From the NCBI GenBank assembly GCA_029838215.1, contig JALGVI010000014.1:1-46688 (forward strand): a DNA stretch of 46,688 nt, written 5' to 3'. The position numbers and the translations under genes were made by a program. This stretch comes from Candidatus Helarchaeota archaeon (GTDB taxonomy: Archaea; Asgardarchaeota; Lokiarchaeia; Helarchaeales; RDOG01). Below the pieces are notes generated by a model. It was not told the origin of the DNA. It did no database searches and saw only the letters and a list, made by a program, of their open reading frames with translations. Shown piece by piece: positions 26,231-35,969 of this stretch (within the stretch, counting starts at the first letter, position 1; every line of letters starts with the position of its first letter).

Positions 26231-28195
26231 TCATCCCTGCTTGACTTCTTTTATGAGTCCGTCGAGATATGCTTCGATTTGCTTGTTTCGATAGCTTCTT
26301 AGCGTCATTGCATTATTTTTACAAACAGATGCACATGCACCACAACCGCGGCAAGTTATTTCATCGACTTCAATCTTGTTTTCAAGGAGAGAAATTGCGT
26401 TATATGGACATACTTCAATACAATTACCGCATCGGCTGCATTTTTCCAAATCCACGATAGCGCGCACGAGTTCGATTTCAAACAGGCCGGCAGACATCGG
26501 AATTGCCGCTGAAGATGCGGCACCCTTGGACATTGCCACCGTGTCAGCAACACTATGTGGTCCTTGAGCAGTTCCTGCTAAGTAGATACCGGGTACTTTA
26601 GTTCCAATGGGATCTAACCTTGAATGAAATTCTTTAATGAAACCATCGGGACTTCTTTCAAGCCGAAGAAGATTTGCAACATTAATGGTTCCTTCAGAGG
26701 GTTCCATTGCAACGGAAAGGACGACAAGATCGGCTTCAACACGACGATACTTGTTCATTAGCGTATCTTCGATGCGTACCAATAGGTTTTTCGTATATTG
26801 ATTTTCTTCAATTCTTGCAAAATTTCCCCGGATAAACCTGATTCCTTGCAGTCGGGCACGTCTAAAGTATTCTTCATACTCCTTGCCAGGCGTTCGCATG
26901 TCAATATAGCAGATTGTCACTTCAGTATTGGGGTCATGTTGCTTGAGGAGGGCAGCATTCTTTAATGCAACCAAACAGCAGACACCGGCACTACAATATG
27001 GATTGGTTTTAATGCTTCGTGAACCAACACATTGAATCATTAACACTCGTGTAGGTGGATTTTCATCGGATATTCTTCGAAGTTCACCGAATGTCGGTCC
27101 ATTAGGGGCAAGGATTCTCTCAAGTTGAAGTTGTGTTATGACATTTTCAAATTGCCCATACCCGTATTCACCAGTTGGATCAAATATCTTGATTCCTGTT
27201 GCAACTATGATCGTGCCAACGTCTATTTCGATTATTTCGTCTTTTTGGTTGAAATCAATGGCATTTTCATTACATTCCCTGACACACAATCCACAACGAA
27301 TGCATTTATCGCCATCAATCGTATATTTTAATGGGACCGCCTGAGCGAACAGTGCATATATTGCCTTGCGCGTATCCAGCCCGCAATTAAATTCATTTGG
27401 AACCACCACTGGGCAGACGGGAGAACATGCCCCACAACCCGTGCATTTTTGTTCGTCAATGAATCGTGCTTTTCTTTTAATTTTTACGTTAAACTCTCCA
27501 ACGTGTCCGGATACACCAATGACTTCACTATAGGCAAATAACGTGATTTTTGGATGGCTTGCGGCTTCGAGCATCAATGGACCCAATATTCAAATACAAC
27601 AATCGTCAGTGGGAAAGATACGATCGAGTTTTGCCATGATGCCACCGATGGTTGGAGATTTCTCGATGAGATAGACATCATAGCCTTGATTTGCTAGATC
27701 TAGGGCACTTTGTATGCCGGCGATTCCTCCACCAATGATGAGAGTTTTAGGAAGAACTTTCAGATGCTTGCGAGGAATTTTCTCAATGAAATGCACCTTT
27801 CTTACAGCAGCCCGCAATAGATCTTCGGCTTGTTCTTGTGCTTCTTCTGGTTCTTTCATGTGAACATACGTGCAATGTTCCCGTATATTTACGAATTCTA
27901 GATAGCTTTGATCGAGACCGCTATCTTCAAGAACCTTCCTGAAGACTTTTAAGTGAGTTTTTGGAGTGCAGGCAAGAACAAGCACGCGATTTATACTATC
28001 TTCCTTGATCTTGCGAGATATCAAAGCGGCTCCTGCTTCAGTACACATTGATATGTATTCCTCAGATACAATGACGTTTGGTAGCGTTTTTCCGAATTCA
28101 ACTAATGCAGTGCAATCAACGAAATCAGCAATATTTTTACCTCAGTTACAAACAAAAATTCCTATGCGAATTGAATTATCTTCCGTTCTAGACAC
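26231..28195 (-). CDS. hdrA: Heterodisulfide reductase subunit A, 654 aa, with two in-frame UGA codons read as selenocysteine (U18, U202)
   Basis: One continuous frame from GTG 28195. It reads IGIFVCN-TGA(28144-28142)-GKNI and FPTDDCCI-TGA(27592-27590)-ILGPLM, both at conserved HdrA Cys positions. It also has GGGIAG, ferredoxin motifs and QCVGSR. Confidence 0.9.
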
Positions 28196-28640
28196 CACCT
28201 CCAGTTGGATTGGCAATAACTTTTTTATTAAACGGAGAAGGACCGAGTTCACGCAATTTTTTAGTGAATTCAATAATTAATTGTTGAAACTTTTGTCCTT
28301 CGCCTGCGCTCACCCATTCTAATCGCAATCTATCTTTTTCAATACCGAGAATTTCAAAAGATTTGATTAGATTTTCCAAGCGTTCTTTGGTTTGAAGATT
28401 TCCGCTTATGTAATGACAATCACCAATATGACATCCTGCAACAAGGACTCCATCGGCTCCATCTTCGAATGCCTGCAGGACAAATACGGGATCTACCCGT
28501 CCGCTACACATGACACGAATGATCCTAATGCTAGGAGGGTATTGGAACCTGCTTAGTCCCGCCAAATCCGCTCCTGCATATGAGCACCAATTGCACAGGA
28601 ATGCCACGATTAATGGTTCTTGCTTGTCTTCAGAGATAAT
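28188..28640 (-). CDS. mvhD: Methyl-viologen-reducing hydrogenase delta subunit MvhD (Cys form); start probably ATT 28640 or ATC 28637, otherwise GTG 28607
   Basis: AFLCNWCSYAGADL, RVMCSGRVDP, GCHIGDCHY and WVSAGEG. Confidence 0.92.
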   Translation of the reverse strand: MISEDKQEPLIVAFLCNWCSYAGADLAGLSRFQYPPSIRIIRVMCSGRVDPVFVLQAFEDGADGVLVAGCHIGDCHYISGNLQTKERLENLIKSFEILGIEKDRLRLEWVSAGEGQKFQQLIIEFTKKLRELGPSPFNKKVIANPTGGGV

Positions 28641-28653
28641 CTCAACTCCAATT

Positions 28654-31600
28654 CTATGGCATGAAAACGCTTTTTATCATTTCAGTAATCTGTTTAGTCT
28701 CAAAGTGATGTTGTGATATTGCCCGAACGGGGCATCTAGCAACGCAAGTCCCGCATCCCTTGCATAATGCTGGATTTATGCGACTCTCAGTAGTAAAGAA
28801 AACTCCTTCTTGAAATTGTTTCTCCACTTCAACGAGACTGATAGCACCATACGGACATACTTCCACGCAAGTACCACATCCGATACAAACTTCGGGATCA
28901 ACATATGACGTGATTCCTTCAACTTCGATTTCGTCCTGTGATAATAAACGGGCCGCACGGGCAGCGGCACCACTTGCTTGAGCCATGCATTCAGGTATTA
29001 GCTTTGGGAATGAAGCCGAACCACATAGGAAGATGCCTTCTGTTGCAAAATCTAGAGGTCGTAATTTTACATGGGCTTCAAGAAAGAATGGGGGATTGTT
29101 TTTCAATAATGGTACTTTTAATAAAGCGGATAGTTTTTCAGCATCCGGATTTGGAATCATCGGCGTGGCAAGTACCACGAGATTTGCTGAGATTGCAACT
29201 TTCTCATTATTTAAGATGTTATTTACTTCAATGCTAATGCTTCCGTCATCTAGTGTTGATATACGTGGAGGATTATCAAGAGAGTATCTTATAAAAGTTG
29301 CATTTTCCCGAGACTTGCGATAAAATGTTTCATTCTCTTTTCCTGCTGCCTGTATGTCTCTATACAGAACATAAATATTCGCATCAGGGTTTAATTCTTT
29401 TAGAATATTAATATTCTTAAGGCTTACCTTGCAACAAATATTTGAGCAATAAGTAAAAAGACCTTCCTTTTGACGTGAATTATAACATAAATAGAATACG
29501 ACATTCGGATTTTCGGAACCATTTGTTGGAATTACACCAGTTTGTAAAAAAGCAATACGCTCTTCCAAGTCAGCAAGCGTAAGTATGTTGGGATTCTTTT
29601 TATATTGGTCAGGTACTAATTCCCGAGCACCTATTGCAACAATTATGGCTCCAGATTTAATCGTTTCAACCTTTTCGTTTTTTAGTTTAATATCGGTTTC
29701 AAAATTTCCCACGTATCCTCTAATGTCTAAAATCGTGGATGATTCATGAACGTAAATGTACTTATCTTTCATGACACGCGTGAAAAAACTTTGAATCAAT
29801 TCTTTGGTTGTTTCTCCAGTATATAGCTTGTAAAAATGCCGTAAAAAGCCACCGATTTTTAATTCATTACTGATCAGATGAGTTTCAAATCCTTGTTCTG
29901 CCAAATCCAAAGCAGCCCGACAGCCAGAAATTCCTCCACCAATTACCACTGCTTTTTTCGTTATCGGTATCTTTATTTTTTGAAGAGGCTCTAAAAGGCG
30001 TGCTTTTGCAATGCCGATTCGTACTAAATCCTTTGCTTTTTCCGTTGCAGCCTTGCGATCATTCATGTGAACCCAGGAACATTGTTCTCTCAAGTTAACG
30101 AATTCAAACAAGTATGGATTCAAACCACCTTCCTTGCAAGTTTCTGCGAATAACGGTTCATGTGTTCGAGGCGTGCAGGAAGCAACGATAAATCTATTGA
30201 GTTCTTTTTCTTGGATGAGTTGCTTTATTCGTTCCTGAGTGTCAGAACTACAAGTGTATAAATTAGATTCGGCAAATTCCACGTTTGGTAGCGTTTTTGC
30301 GTATTGCGCAACTTCTTCGGAATCTAAAAAACCAGCAATGTTTGAACCACAATGGCAAACCATTATTCCAATTCGAGGGGGATCATCAATCTTCACGGGT
30401 TTCTCAGGTATCAGGTATTCTTTCTTTTTAGCATATTTTCCGCGCTCGGAGCTAAGAAGCCCTGAGACTTTTGCCGCAGCAGCACTTGCATTTGCTACGG
30501 ATTCAGGAATGTCACGAGGACCCGTCGCGCAACCACATAACATGATTCCCATTTTGGTGCTTTTTAACGTGGCATAATTCGAATGTTCTTTAAAAAAGCC
30601 ATATTCGTCGAGTTCAATTCCAAGAACCCTTGCTAAGTCCTTGTTTTTTGGAGAGGGAATTAATGCTGTTGCTAAAACAACAAGATCAACAATCATTTCA
30701 CGGCTTTCGCCAGAATCAATATCCTCATAATAAAGAATTAAATTTTTAGTATCGGGATCTTCTTCAATATAAGATACTTGACCGTATATATATTTCACGC
30801 CGTATTCTGATTGAGCTCGCATGATGTATTCATTAAATCCCTTGCCATATGCCCTAATATCGTTTCGAAAAATGATGCACTCGGCATGAGGATCATGTTC
30901 TTTTGTTATTATTGCTTCTTTTGCCAAGTACATGCAACACACGGAAGAACAATACGGAACACCTTTGTGAGGGTTTCGGGATGCCACGCACGATAAGAAT
31001 GCAATTTTATGAGCATGTTTCCTGTCTGATGGTCGCACGATTTGACCTTGGGTCGGACCAGACGCGCACATGAGACGTTCGTATTGCATGCTAGAAATGA
31101 CATTATCGAATTCATGTCCATATTGCGGTAATTTTGAAATATCAAATAGTTCTATACCCGTGGCAACAATCAATGCGCCTACATTTAACCTGAACTGTTT
31201 TTTCTTTTGTCTGAAATTAATGGCATTAGCTTGGCAGACTTTCGAACAGGCACCACAAACTTTGCCATCAGAATTCAGATACAAGCAATGTTCGGCATCA
31301 ATGGAATATACAGGGGGAACAGCTTGCGGGCTTGGAATGAAGATTGCACAACGAGTGCCCAACTCTTCGTTAAACTCATCGGGAATGCCGCGGACAGGGC
31401 AAATTTTAGCGCAATCACCACAATTCTTGCAAATTGATTCCTCAACATATCTCGGTTTTTTTTCGATGGTAACTTCATAATTGCCCATGGTGCCACGTAA
31501 TCGTGTTACTTCGCAGTTTGTCAGGAGCTCAATGTTAGGATGGCGATAGATTTCAACTATTTTTGGTGCTAGAATGCAAATAGAACAATCGTTGGTGGGA

Positions 31601-31758
31601 AATGTTTTATCAAGCTGTGCCATTTTTCCACCAATATTTGGGCGTGAGTCAAGGAGATAAACCTTGAAACCGAGGTCCGCAAGATCCAAGGATGCTTGAA
31701 TCCCTGCTACACCACCTCCAATGACCAATACAACACCAAATTTTGTAACTTCACTCAT
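28654..31758 (-). CDS. hdrA: Large HdrA-like flavoprotein (1034 aa, two FAD modules, multiple Fe-S clusters)
   Basis: GGGVAG, FPTNDCSIC, internal IGIMVCHCG, a second GGGISG and a C-terminal 2x[4Fe-4S] domain. Confidence 0.92.
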   Translation of the reverse strand: MSEVTKFGVVLVIGGGVAGIQASLDLADLGFKVYLLDSRPNIGGKMAQLDKTFPTNDCSICILAPKIVEIYRHPNIELLTNCEVTRLRGTMGNYEVTIEKKPRYVEESICKNCGDCAKICPVRGIPDEFNEELGTRCAIFIPSPQAVPPVYSIDAEHCLYLNSDGKVCGACSKVCQANAINFRQKKKQFRLNVGALIVATGIELFDISKLPQYGHEFDNVISSMQYERLMCASGPTQGQIVRPSDRKHAHKIAFLSCVASRNPHKGVPYCSSVCCMYLAKEAIITKEHDPHAECIIFRNDIRAYGKGFNEYIMRAQSEYGVKYIYGQVSYIEEDPDTKNLILYYEDIDSGESREMIVDLVVLATALIPSPKNKDLARVLGIELDEYGFFKEHSNYATLKSTKMGIMLCGCATGPRDIPESVANASAAAAKVSGLLSSERGKYAKKKEYLIPEKPVKIDDPPRIGIMVCHCGSNIAGFLDSEEVAQYAKTLPNVEFAESNLYTCSSDTQERIKQLIQEKELNRFIVASCTPRTHEPLFAETCKEGGLNPYLFEFVNLREQCSWVHMNDRKAATEKAKDLVRIGIAKARLLEPLQKIKIPITKKAVVIGGGISGCRAALDLAEQGFETHLISNELKIGGFLRHFYKLYTGETTKELIQSFFTRVMKDKYIYVHESSTILDIRGYVGNFETDIKLKNEKVETIKSGAIIVAIGARELVPDQYKKNPNILTLADLEERIAFLQTGVIPTNGSENPNVVFYLCYNSRQKEGLFTYCSNICCKVSLKNINILKELNPDANIYVLYRDIQAAGKENETFYRKSRENATFIRYSLDNPPRISTLDDGSISIEVNNILNNEKVAISANLVVLATPMIPNPDAEKLSALLKVPLLKNNPPFFLEAHVKLRPLDFATEGIFLCGSASFPKLIPECMAQASGAAARAARLLSQDEIEVEGITSYVDPEVCIGCGTCVEVCPYGAISLVEVEKQFQEGVFFTTESRINPALCKGCGTCVARCPVRAISQHHFETKQITEMIKSVFMP

Positions 31759-31771
31759 CGTTCATACCCAA

Positions 31772-32956
31772 CTAGTACACGAGATACATGGCTTTAGCCA
31801 CGAAATCTGCCAAATCAATAATATTCATGTTAAATTTATGCTGTCCTTTATTTTCATATTCTTTTTCAAGGCACGTAAGGTGCATTTCACATTTAGGACA
31901 GGTCGTGATGAAATCGTTCAAGTCGATTATTTGTTCCGCTTCAATCAAGCGATTCGTGCGTAAGTATTTTGTATACACATTGCAATTATTCCAAGCACTC
32001 ACACCACAACATTGTGCGTTTCGGCGGTTATGTTTCATTTCTACCAATTTCACGCCAGGAATTGCACGTATGACTTCTCGAGGTGCTTCGTATACACCCA
32101 ATTGCCGTCCCATTCTACAAGGATCATGATATGTTACAACACGCGGATATTCATATTTAAACTCCAATTCGCCTGACTTTATTTTTTCGTTCAAAAATTC
32201 TGCAAATGAGATTATTTTGAAATCAAGCTTTCCGTGATATCGTTCATAATCCAATTTCATTGTTCTATAGCATTCTGCACAAGTCGTTATGACAGTCTCT
32301 GCTCCTGAATCAGATATCGCCTTAATATTTTGCACGGATAGTTTTTCAAAAGTCTCTACATCACCTTGCCAAAGCGAATCATGTCCGCAACATTTTTCAT
32401 CGTTTAAAATCATGGGTTTAATTCCCATCTTATTCAGGAGCCGAAGAGAGCTTTCGATGGTTCTATTTAAATTAACGCCAATTTGACGGGCGTGTGATTC
32501 TAACGATATTAAAGGAATGCACCCCATGAAAAAAAGAATATCGCTTTCGCCCGGTTTTGAAAACTCTAGATTTTTCGGAATGACATCCCATTTATTTGGA
32601 TGGACGTTTTCATTGGCCATTAATCGACTCAAAGCAGTAAAATATCCAAAATGAGCCTCCTTAAATCCCTTTTGACGTGCCATTTCATGTGAATTTATGC
32701 GACAATTTAAAATAAAATCCGAGAACGTGATGTCATTTGGACAGTGCACGGAACATCGGTCGCAAGTTAAACACCACCACGTCTTATGCGTGATCTTTTC
32801 ATTCCACAAAAAGTCTGAAGCGATGTACCGGGGTGAGAAATTTGGAATGAGTTCACCCAATGGACATGAATCACTACACTTGCCACATTGATAGCAAGTT
32901 GCCACCAGATCACGCATATCCTTTGAAGTATTTTTACGTGACGATATTTCAACCAT
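31772..32956 (-). CDS. HdrD-like Fe-S oxidoreductase (HdrC-type 2x[4Fe-4S] plus two CCG domains)
   Basis: CYQCGKCSDSCP, CLTCDRCSVHCP, KCCGH, YHDPCRMGR, CCGVS and TTCPKC. Confidence 0.88.
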   Translation of the reverse strand: MVEISSRKNTSKDMRDLVATCYQCGKCSDSCPLGELIPNFSPRYIASDFLWNEKITHKTWWCLTCDRCSVHCPNDITFSDFILNCRINSHEMARQKGFKEAHFGYFTALSRLMANENVHPNKWDVIPKNLEFSKPGESDILFFMGCIPLISLESHARQIGVNLNRTIESSLRLLNKMGIKPMILNDEKCCGHDSLWQGDVETFEKLSVQNIKAISDSGAETVITTCAECYRTMKLDYERYHGKLDFKIISFAEFLNEKIKSGELEFKYEYPRVVTYHDPCRMGRQLGVYEAPREVIRAIPGVKLVEMKHNRRNAQCCGVSAWNNCNVYTKYLRTNRLIEAEQIIDLNDFITTCPKCEMHLTCLEKEYENKGQHKFNMNIIDLADFVAKAMYLVY

Positions 32957-33213
32957 TGTTCAGGAAGCTCCAAATTTTAACTTCATTGAAATAGACTAAT
33001 TTCTTTGAATTTTCCGTAAACTCTCGTTACGATTTCATCGAATAAAACCAATGCTTGATTTCCGTGATATTTTATTCATTCGTTTTTTTAAACCTTTAGT
33101 ACCTATCAGGATTCTTAAACGATTCGACACGTCGCACTTCTTACAGATTTATTTTCCATTTCATACAGATTCGTGTGTTCGTTATTACCTAATAAATCAA
33201 AGCGAAAAGTTAA

Positions 33214-33480
33214 TCAATCCACGACAAGTTCAATGCATTGCTTTGGACAAGAACTGTAGCAGATATTGCAAAATCCTCCATTATTGTTAATGCATTTTTC
33301 AGGATGGAGGATCATGCATCGCCCATTCTTAAGACAATGAATCACATCTTTGGTTTTCGGTCCTTCTCCATATTTTAAATTTGGCTCGATTTGTTGATTG
33401 ATGGGACAATTGTTAATGCACATGCTACAACCTTGGCATTTGCTTGCATGAACTTTAATCTTGTAAAACATTTTATTCAC
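33214..33480 (-). CDS. 2x[4Fe-4S] ferredoxin, FwdG-like
   Basis: CQGCSMCINNCP...GEGP...CINNNGGFCNICYSSCP. Confidence 0.85.
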   Translation of the reverse strand: MNKMFYKIKVHASKCQGCSMCINNCPINQQIEPNLKYGEGPKTKDVIHCLKNGRCMILHPEKCINNNGGFCNICYSSCPKQCIELVVD

Positions 33481-33635
33481 GAGTTTTTGGTTTTTTAAAG
33501 ACGTTTTTTTGATTTTGAATTTAAACTTTCTTTCAGTTAATGAGCATCCTGACAGGAATCATTGAATGAGTTAGTAATTAAACAAGAAATCAAAGCTGAT
33601 GTTCGTCTAGAGGGTTTTATGAATGAAAAAAAAAA

Positions 33636-34910
33636 TCAGAGAAGCTTGTATAAGCTTCGAATTCCTCGACCAAGAATATATTGTTGAATTTGGCGCGTTC
33701 CGCCGACAATTTCTTGAATACGGGTGATGCCCAAGAGATCTTGCATTAAAGTATTGTCGGATACTCCGGCTCCACCCATCAGGTTGGCGCACTCATATGC
33801 TACTCTTTCAGCTAACATTGAAGCACGGTACTTGAACATTGAAGCATTCAACTCAAACATTTGGGCCATGTCCTTGGGGATTTTTCCGTTGAATTTTTCA
33901 TGTTTTTCATCATATTTTTCAGATAATTTTAATAATCCCAGCGTAATCGTGCCAACCTGAGACCAAAGGTCTGCAAGCGTAAAGCCAACACCCTGAAAGT
34001 TTAGAATGGGCTTACCAAATTGTAGTCGCATGTTACTATATATCATTGCATGACTTAAAGCTCCCCAGCACTCGGCAATGTTTTCGAATGCAATTCCAAT
34101 CCGTTCCATTGTAAGACCCATGAAAAGGTTAGGGATTCCACGTCCTGCAGGTCCCAGCACGTATTCTTTTGGGACCTTAATGTTTTTTAGTTCTTCTTTT
34201 CCAATCCAAATGCGGGGCACCCACGGAATTTGGACACGTTCGACATTCCAACCATCCCAGCTGGTATTGATAAGGAATTGTCCCATTGTTTCGCCTTTAT
34301 TTTGTTCCAAACAAGCGTAAGCAACTGCCCATTTTGCTTTAGGACCATTGGTGCTAAAGATCTTGGTGCCGCTAATGCTATAGCTCCCATCGTCATGTTG
34401 TTCGCACGTTGAAACCATATGTGTTGCATCCGAACCTCTCTCAGGTTCAGTAATAAGAATACATCCCAGTGCTTGCCCAGTAACCAGATCCTTTAGTGCT
34501 TCTAATACTTCAGATCGACCTTGATGATGTGATTGACAGGGATTGATCGCAAGAGTCGTTGCGCCGATTGACATGGAAAATTGAGTATCAAACATGTCCA
34601 CGGCTAAATAGCGCATCATTTCCATTGCCAGCCCCCATTCCTTGTAGTTCTGATCGATCTCATCAAACTTGTGGAACCTGCTAATGTAACCCTTGGCACC
34701 AAAATCCGGAAAGTAGGAATAAATGTCCTCCGTGTGATCAATGTTCTTGGTTTTTTCATAATTTACACAAAAATCTTGAACTTGTTTCAAAAAATTCATT
34801 TGTTCTTCGCTACAAATCGCTTTTAGATTGATGTTGACGATCTTGTAACGGTTTTCTAAATTCATTTTTTCAAGAATTTCATCCTTGACGGCTTGACACT
34901 TGAATCTCAT
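33636..34910 (-). CDS. Acyl-CoA dehydrogenase
   Basis: ITEPERGSDA, GTKIFSTNG, QFGKPI and IVGGTRQIQ. Confidence 0.93.
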   Translation of the reverse strand: MRFKCQAVKDEILEKMNLENRYKIVNINLKAICSEEQMNFLKQVQDFCVNYEKTKNIDHTEDIYSYFPDFGAKGYISRFHKFDEIDQNYKEWGLAMEMMRYLAVDMFDTQFSMSIGATTLAINPCQSHHQGRSEVLEALKDLVTGQALGCILITEPERGSDATHMVSTCEQHDDGSYSISGTKIFSTNGPKAKWAVAYACLEQNKGETMGQFLINTSWDGWNVERVQIPWVPRIWIGKEELKNIKVPKEYVLGPAGRGIPNLFMGLTMERIGIAFENIAECWGALSHAMIYSNMRLQFGKPILNFQGVGFTLADLWSQVGTITLGLLKLSEKYDEKHEKFNGKIPKDMAQMFELNASMFKYRASMLAERVAYECANLMGGAGVSDNTLMQDLLGITRIQEIVGGTRQIQQYILGRGIRSLYKLL

Positions 34911-35145
34911 ATAAAAACACGCTCATTTTTTTTACGTGATCAATTGAAAAGTTATAAAAAAATATTTTGATTTGGATTTCAAAAAGTCATGGATAGACCG
35001 TTTTAAGAGAACTTCTAAAGTCAATGCTTGATTAGAGGTTTGAAAAAGACGATACTTCAGTATTCGGATTTTCCTTGAGATAGTAACTTCCTTGTGGGAA
35101 AGCAAAATTTTTTATTTTGCATTTTTATTACAAGTTTGAGGAACG

Positions 35146-35616
35146 ATGCCAAAAAAACCATCAGCTTTTGAAATTTACAAGTTGCTCCCAAAAAAGAATT
35201 GCAAGGAATGTGGAGAAGCCACGTGCATGGTCTTTGCGACGAAATTATTGGCACTGGAACGAAAGATTGAAGAGTGCCCGCTATTGGAAGAACCAATGTT
35301 TAAAAAGAACGCCGAAAAATTAGCAGATCTTCTAGAGCCATTTTCAGGCGAAGTGGGTTTATCAGGCGTGAACATAAATGCAGACCTTTGCACGGGTTGT
35401 GGTAATTGCGTTCATTGTTGTCCTGCAAATAACAAATACCATCCTGAGATCGGTCAAGGTCAAGGGGTATTGGACGAAGAAAAAACAACCTATAAAATTG
35501 TTGATGGTAAGGTGAAAATTTGTAATTTGAATATTTGCAAGCGTGTTGAAGAAAAAACAGCTTGCAGCGTGTGTGAAACCTTTTGTTATTCAAAAGCATT
35601 GCAAATCATTGGATGA
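35146..35616 (+). CDS. Fe-S protein: putative Fe-S cluster domain fused to a FwdG-like ferredoxin
   Basis: LLPKKNCKECGEATCMVFA...ECP, then CTGCGNCVHCCP and CSVCETFC. Confidence 0.85.
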   Translation: MPKKPSAFEIYKLLPKKNCKECGEATCMVFATKLLALERKIEECPLLEEPMFKKNAEKLADLLEPFSGEVGLSGVNINADLCTGCGNCVHCCPANNKYHPEIGQGQGVLDEEKTTYKIVDGKVKICNLNICKRVEEKTACSVCETFCYSKALQIIG

Positions 35617-35635
35617 TTTTAAAGGGGTAATTTTC

Positions 35636-35836
35636 ATGCCAAAATGTCCGAATTGTGGAGAAATTGAAGAATTAATCGAAATAGGTCCTGATTGGTGCAA
35701 TGAATGTCATGCGGAAAGCGTGAAATACATGTGTGATGAATGCATGAAGGAATTTCTCGCTTGTGGCCATCTACCTGCCGAAGTTCATGCCTGTGATTCA
35801 ACAGCTTCAAAATTAAAACGTGAAAAACGTTTGTAA
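35636..35836 (+). CDS. Small Cys/His-rich zinc-binding protein (66 aa)
   Basis: MPKCPNCG...CNEC...CDEC...CGH...HAC. Start at ATG 35636 after a GGGG RBS-like sequence. Confidence 0.7.
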   Translation: MPKCPNCGEIEELIEIGPDWCNECHAESVKYMCDECMKEFLACGHLPAEVHACDSTASKLKREKRL

Positions 35837-35969
35837 CCTTTCTCAAAGCATTTTTTTTATTATTTCAATGTCTTAAAAATCAACACATTTGCCTTTAGAG
35901 TTCGAACCAATCGTTCCATTTTTCATTGAATTAAATATCATTTCATTGAAGATTTTCGAATTATCGATT

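Noticed and set aside
27590-28048. ORF-track calls 27590-28048 and 26231-27586 as separate proteins or a pseudogene
   Set aside because: They are the same frame, broken only by TGA at conserved Cys positions, and are better explained as one Sec-containing HdrA.
28188-28640. Selenocysteine in MvhD (as in VhuD)
   Set aside because: No in-frame TGA; all ligand positions are Cys.
33142-33171. Direct repeat TACAGATT x2 (22-bp period) upstream of the hdrD-like gene
   Set aside because: Plausible operator, but an 8-mer pair in AT-rich DNA is too weak without conservation data.
33539-33563. Imperfect palindrome TCCTG-A-CAGGA upstream of the ferredoxin gene
   Set aside because: Short, single occurrence, no second copy noticed. 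Could be chance.
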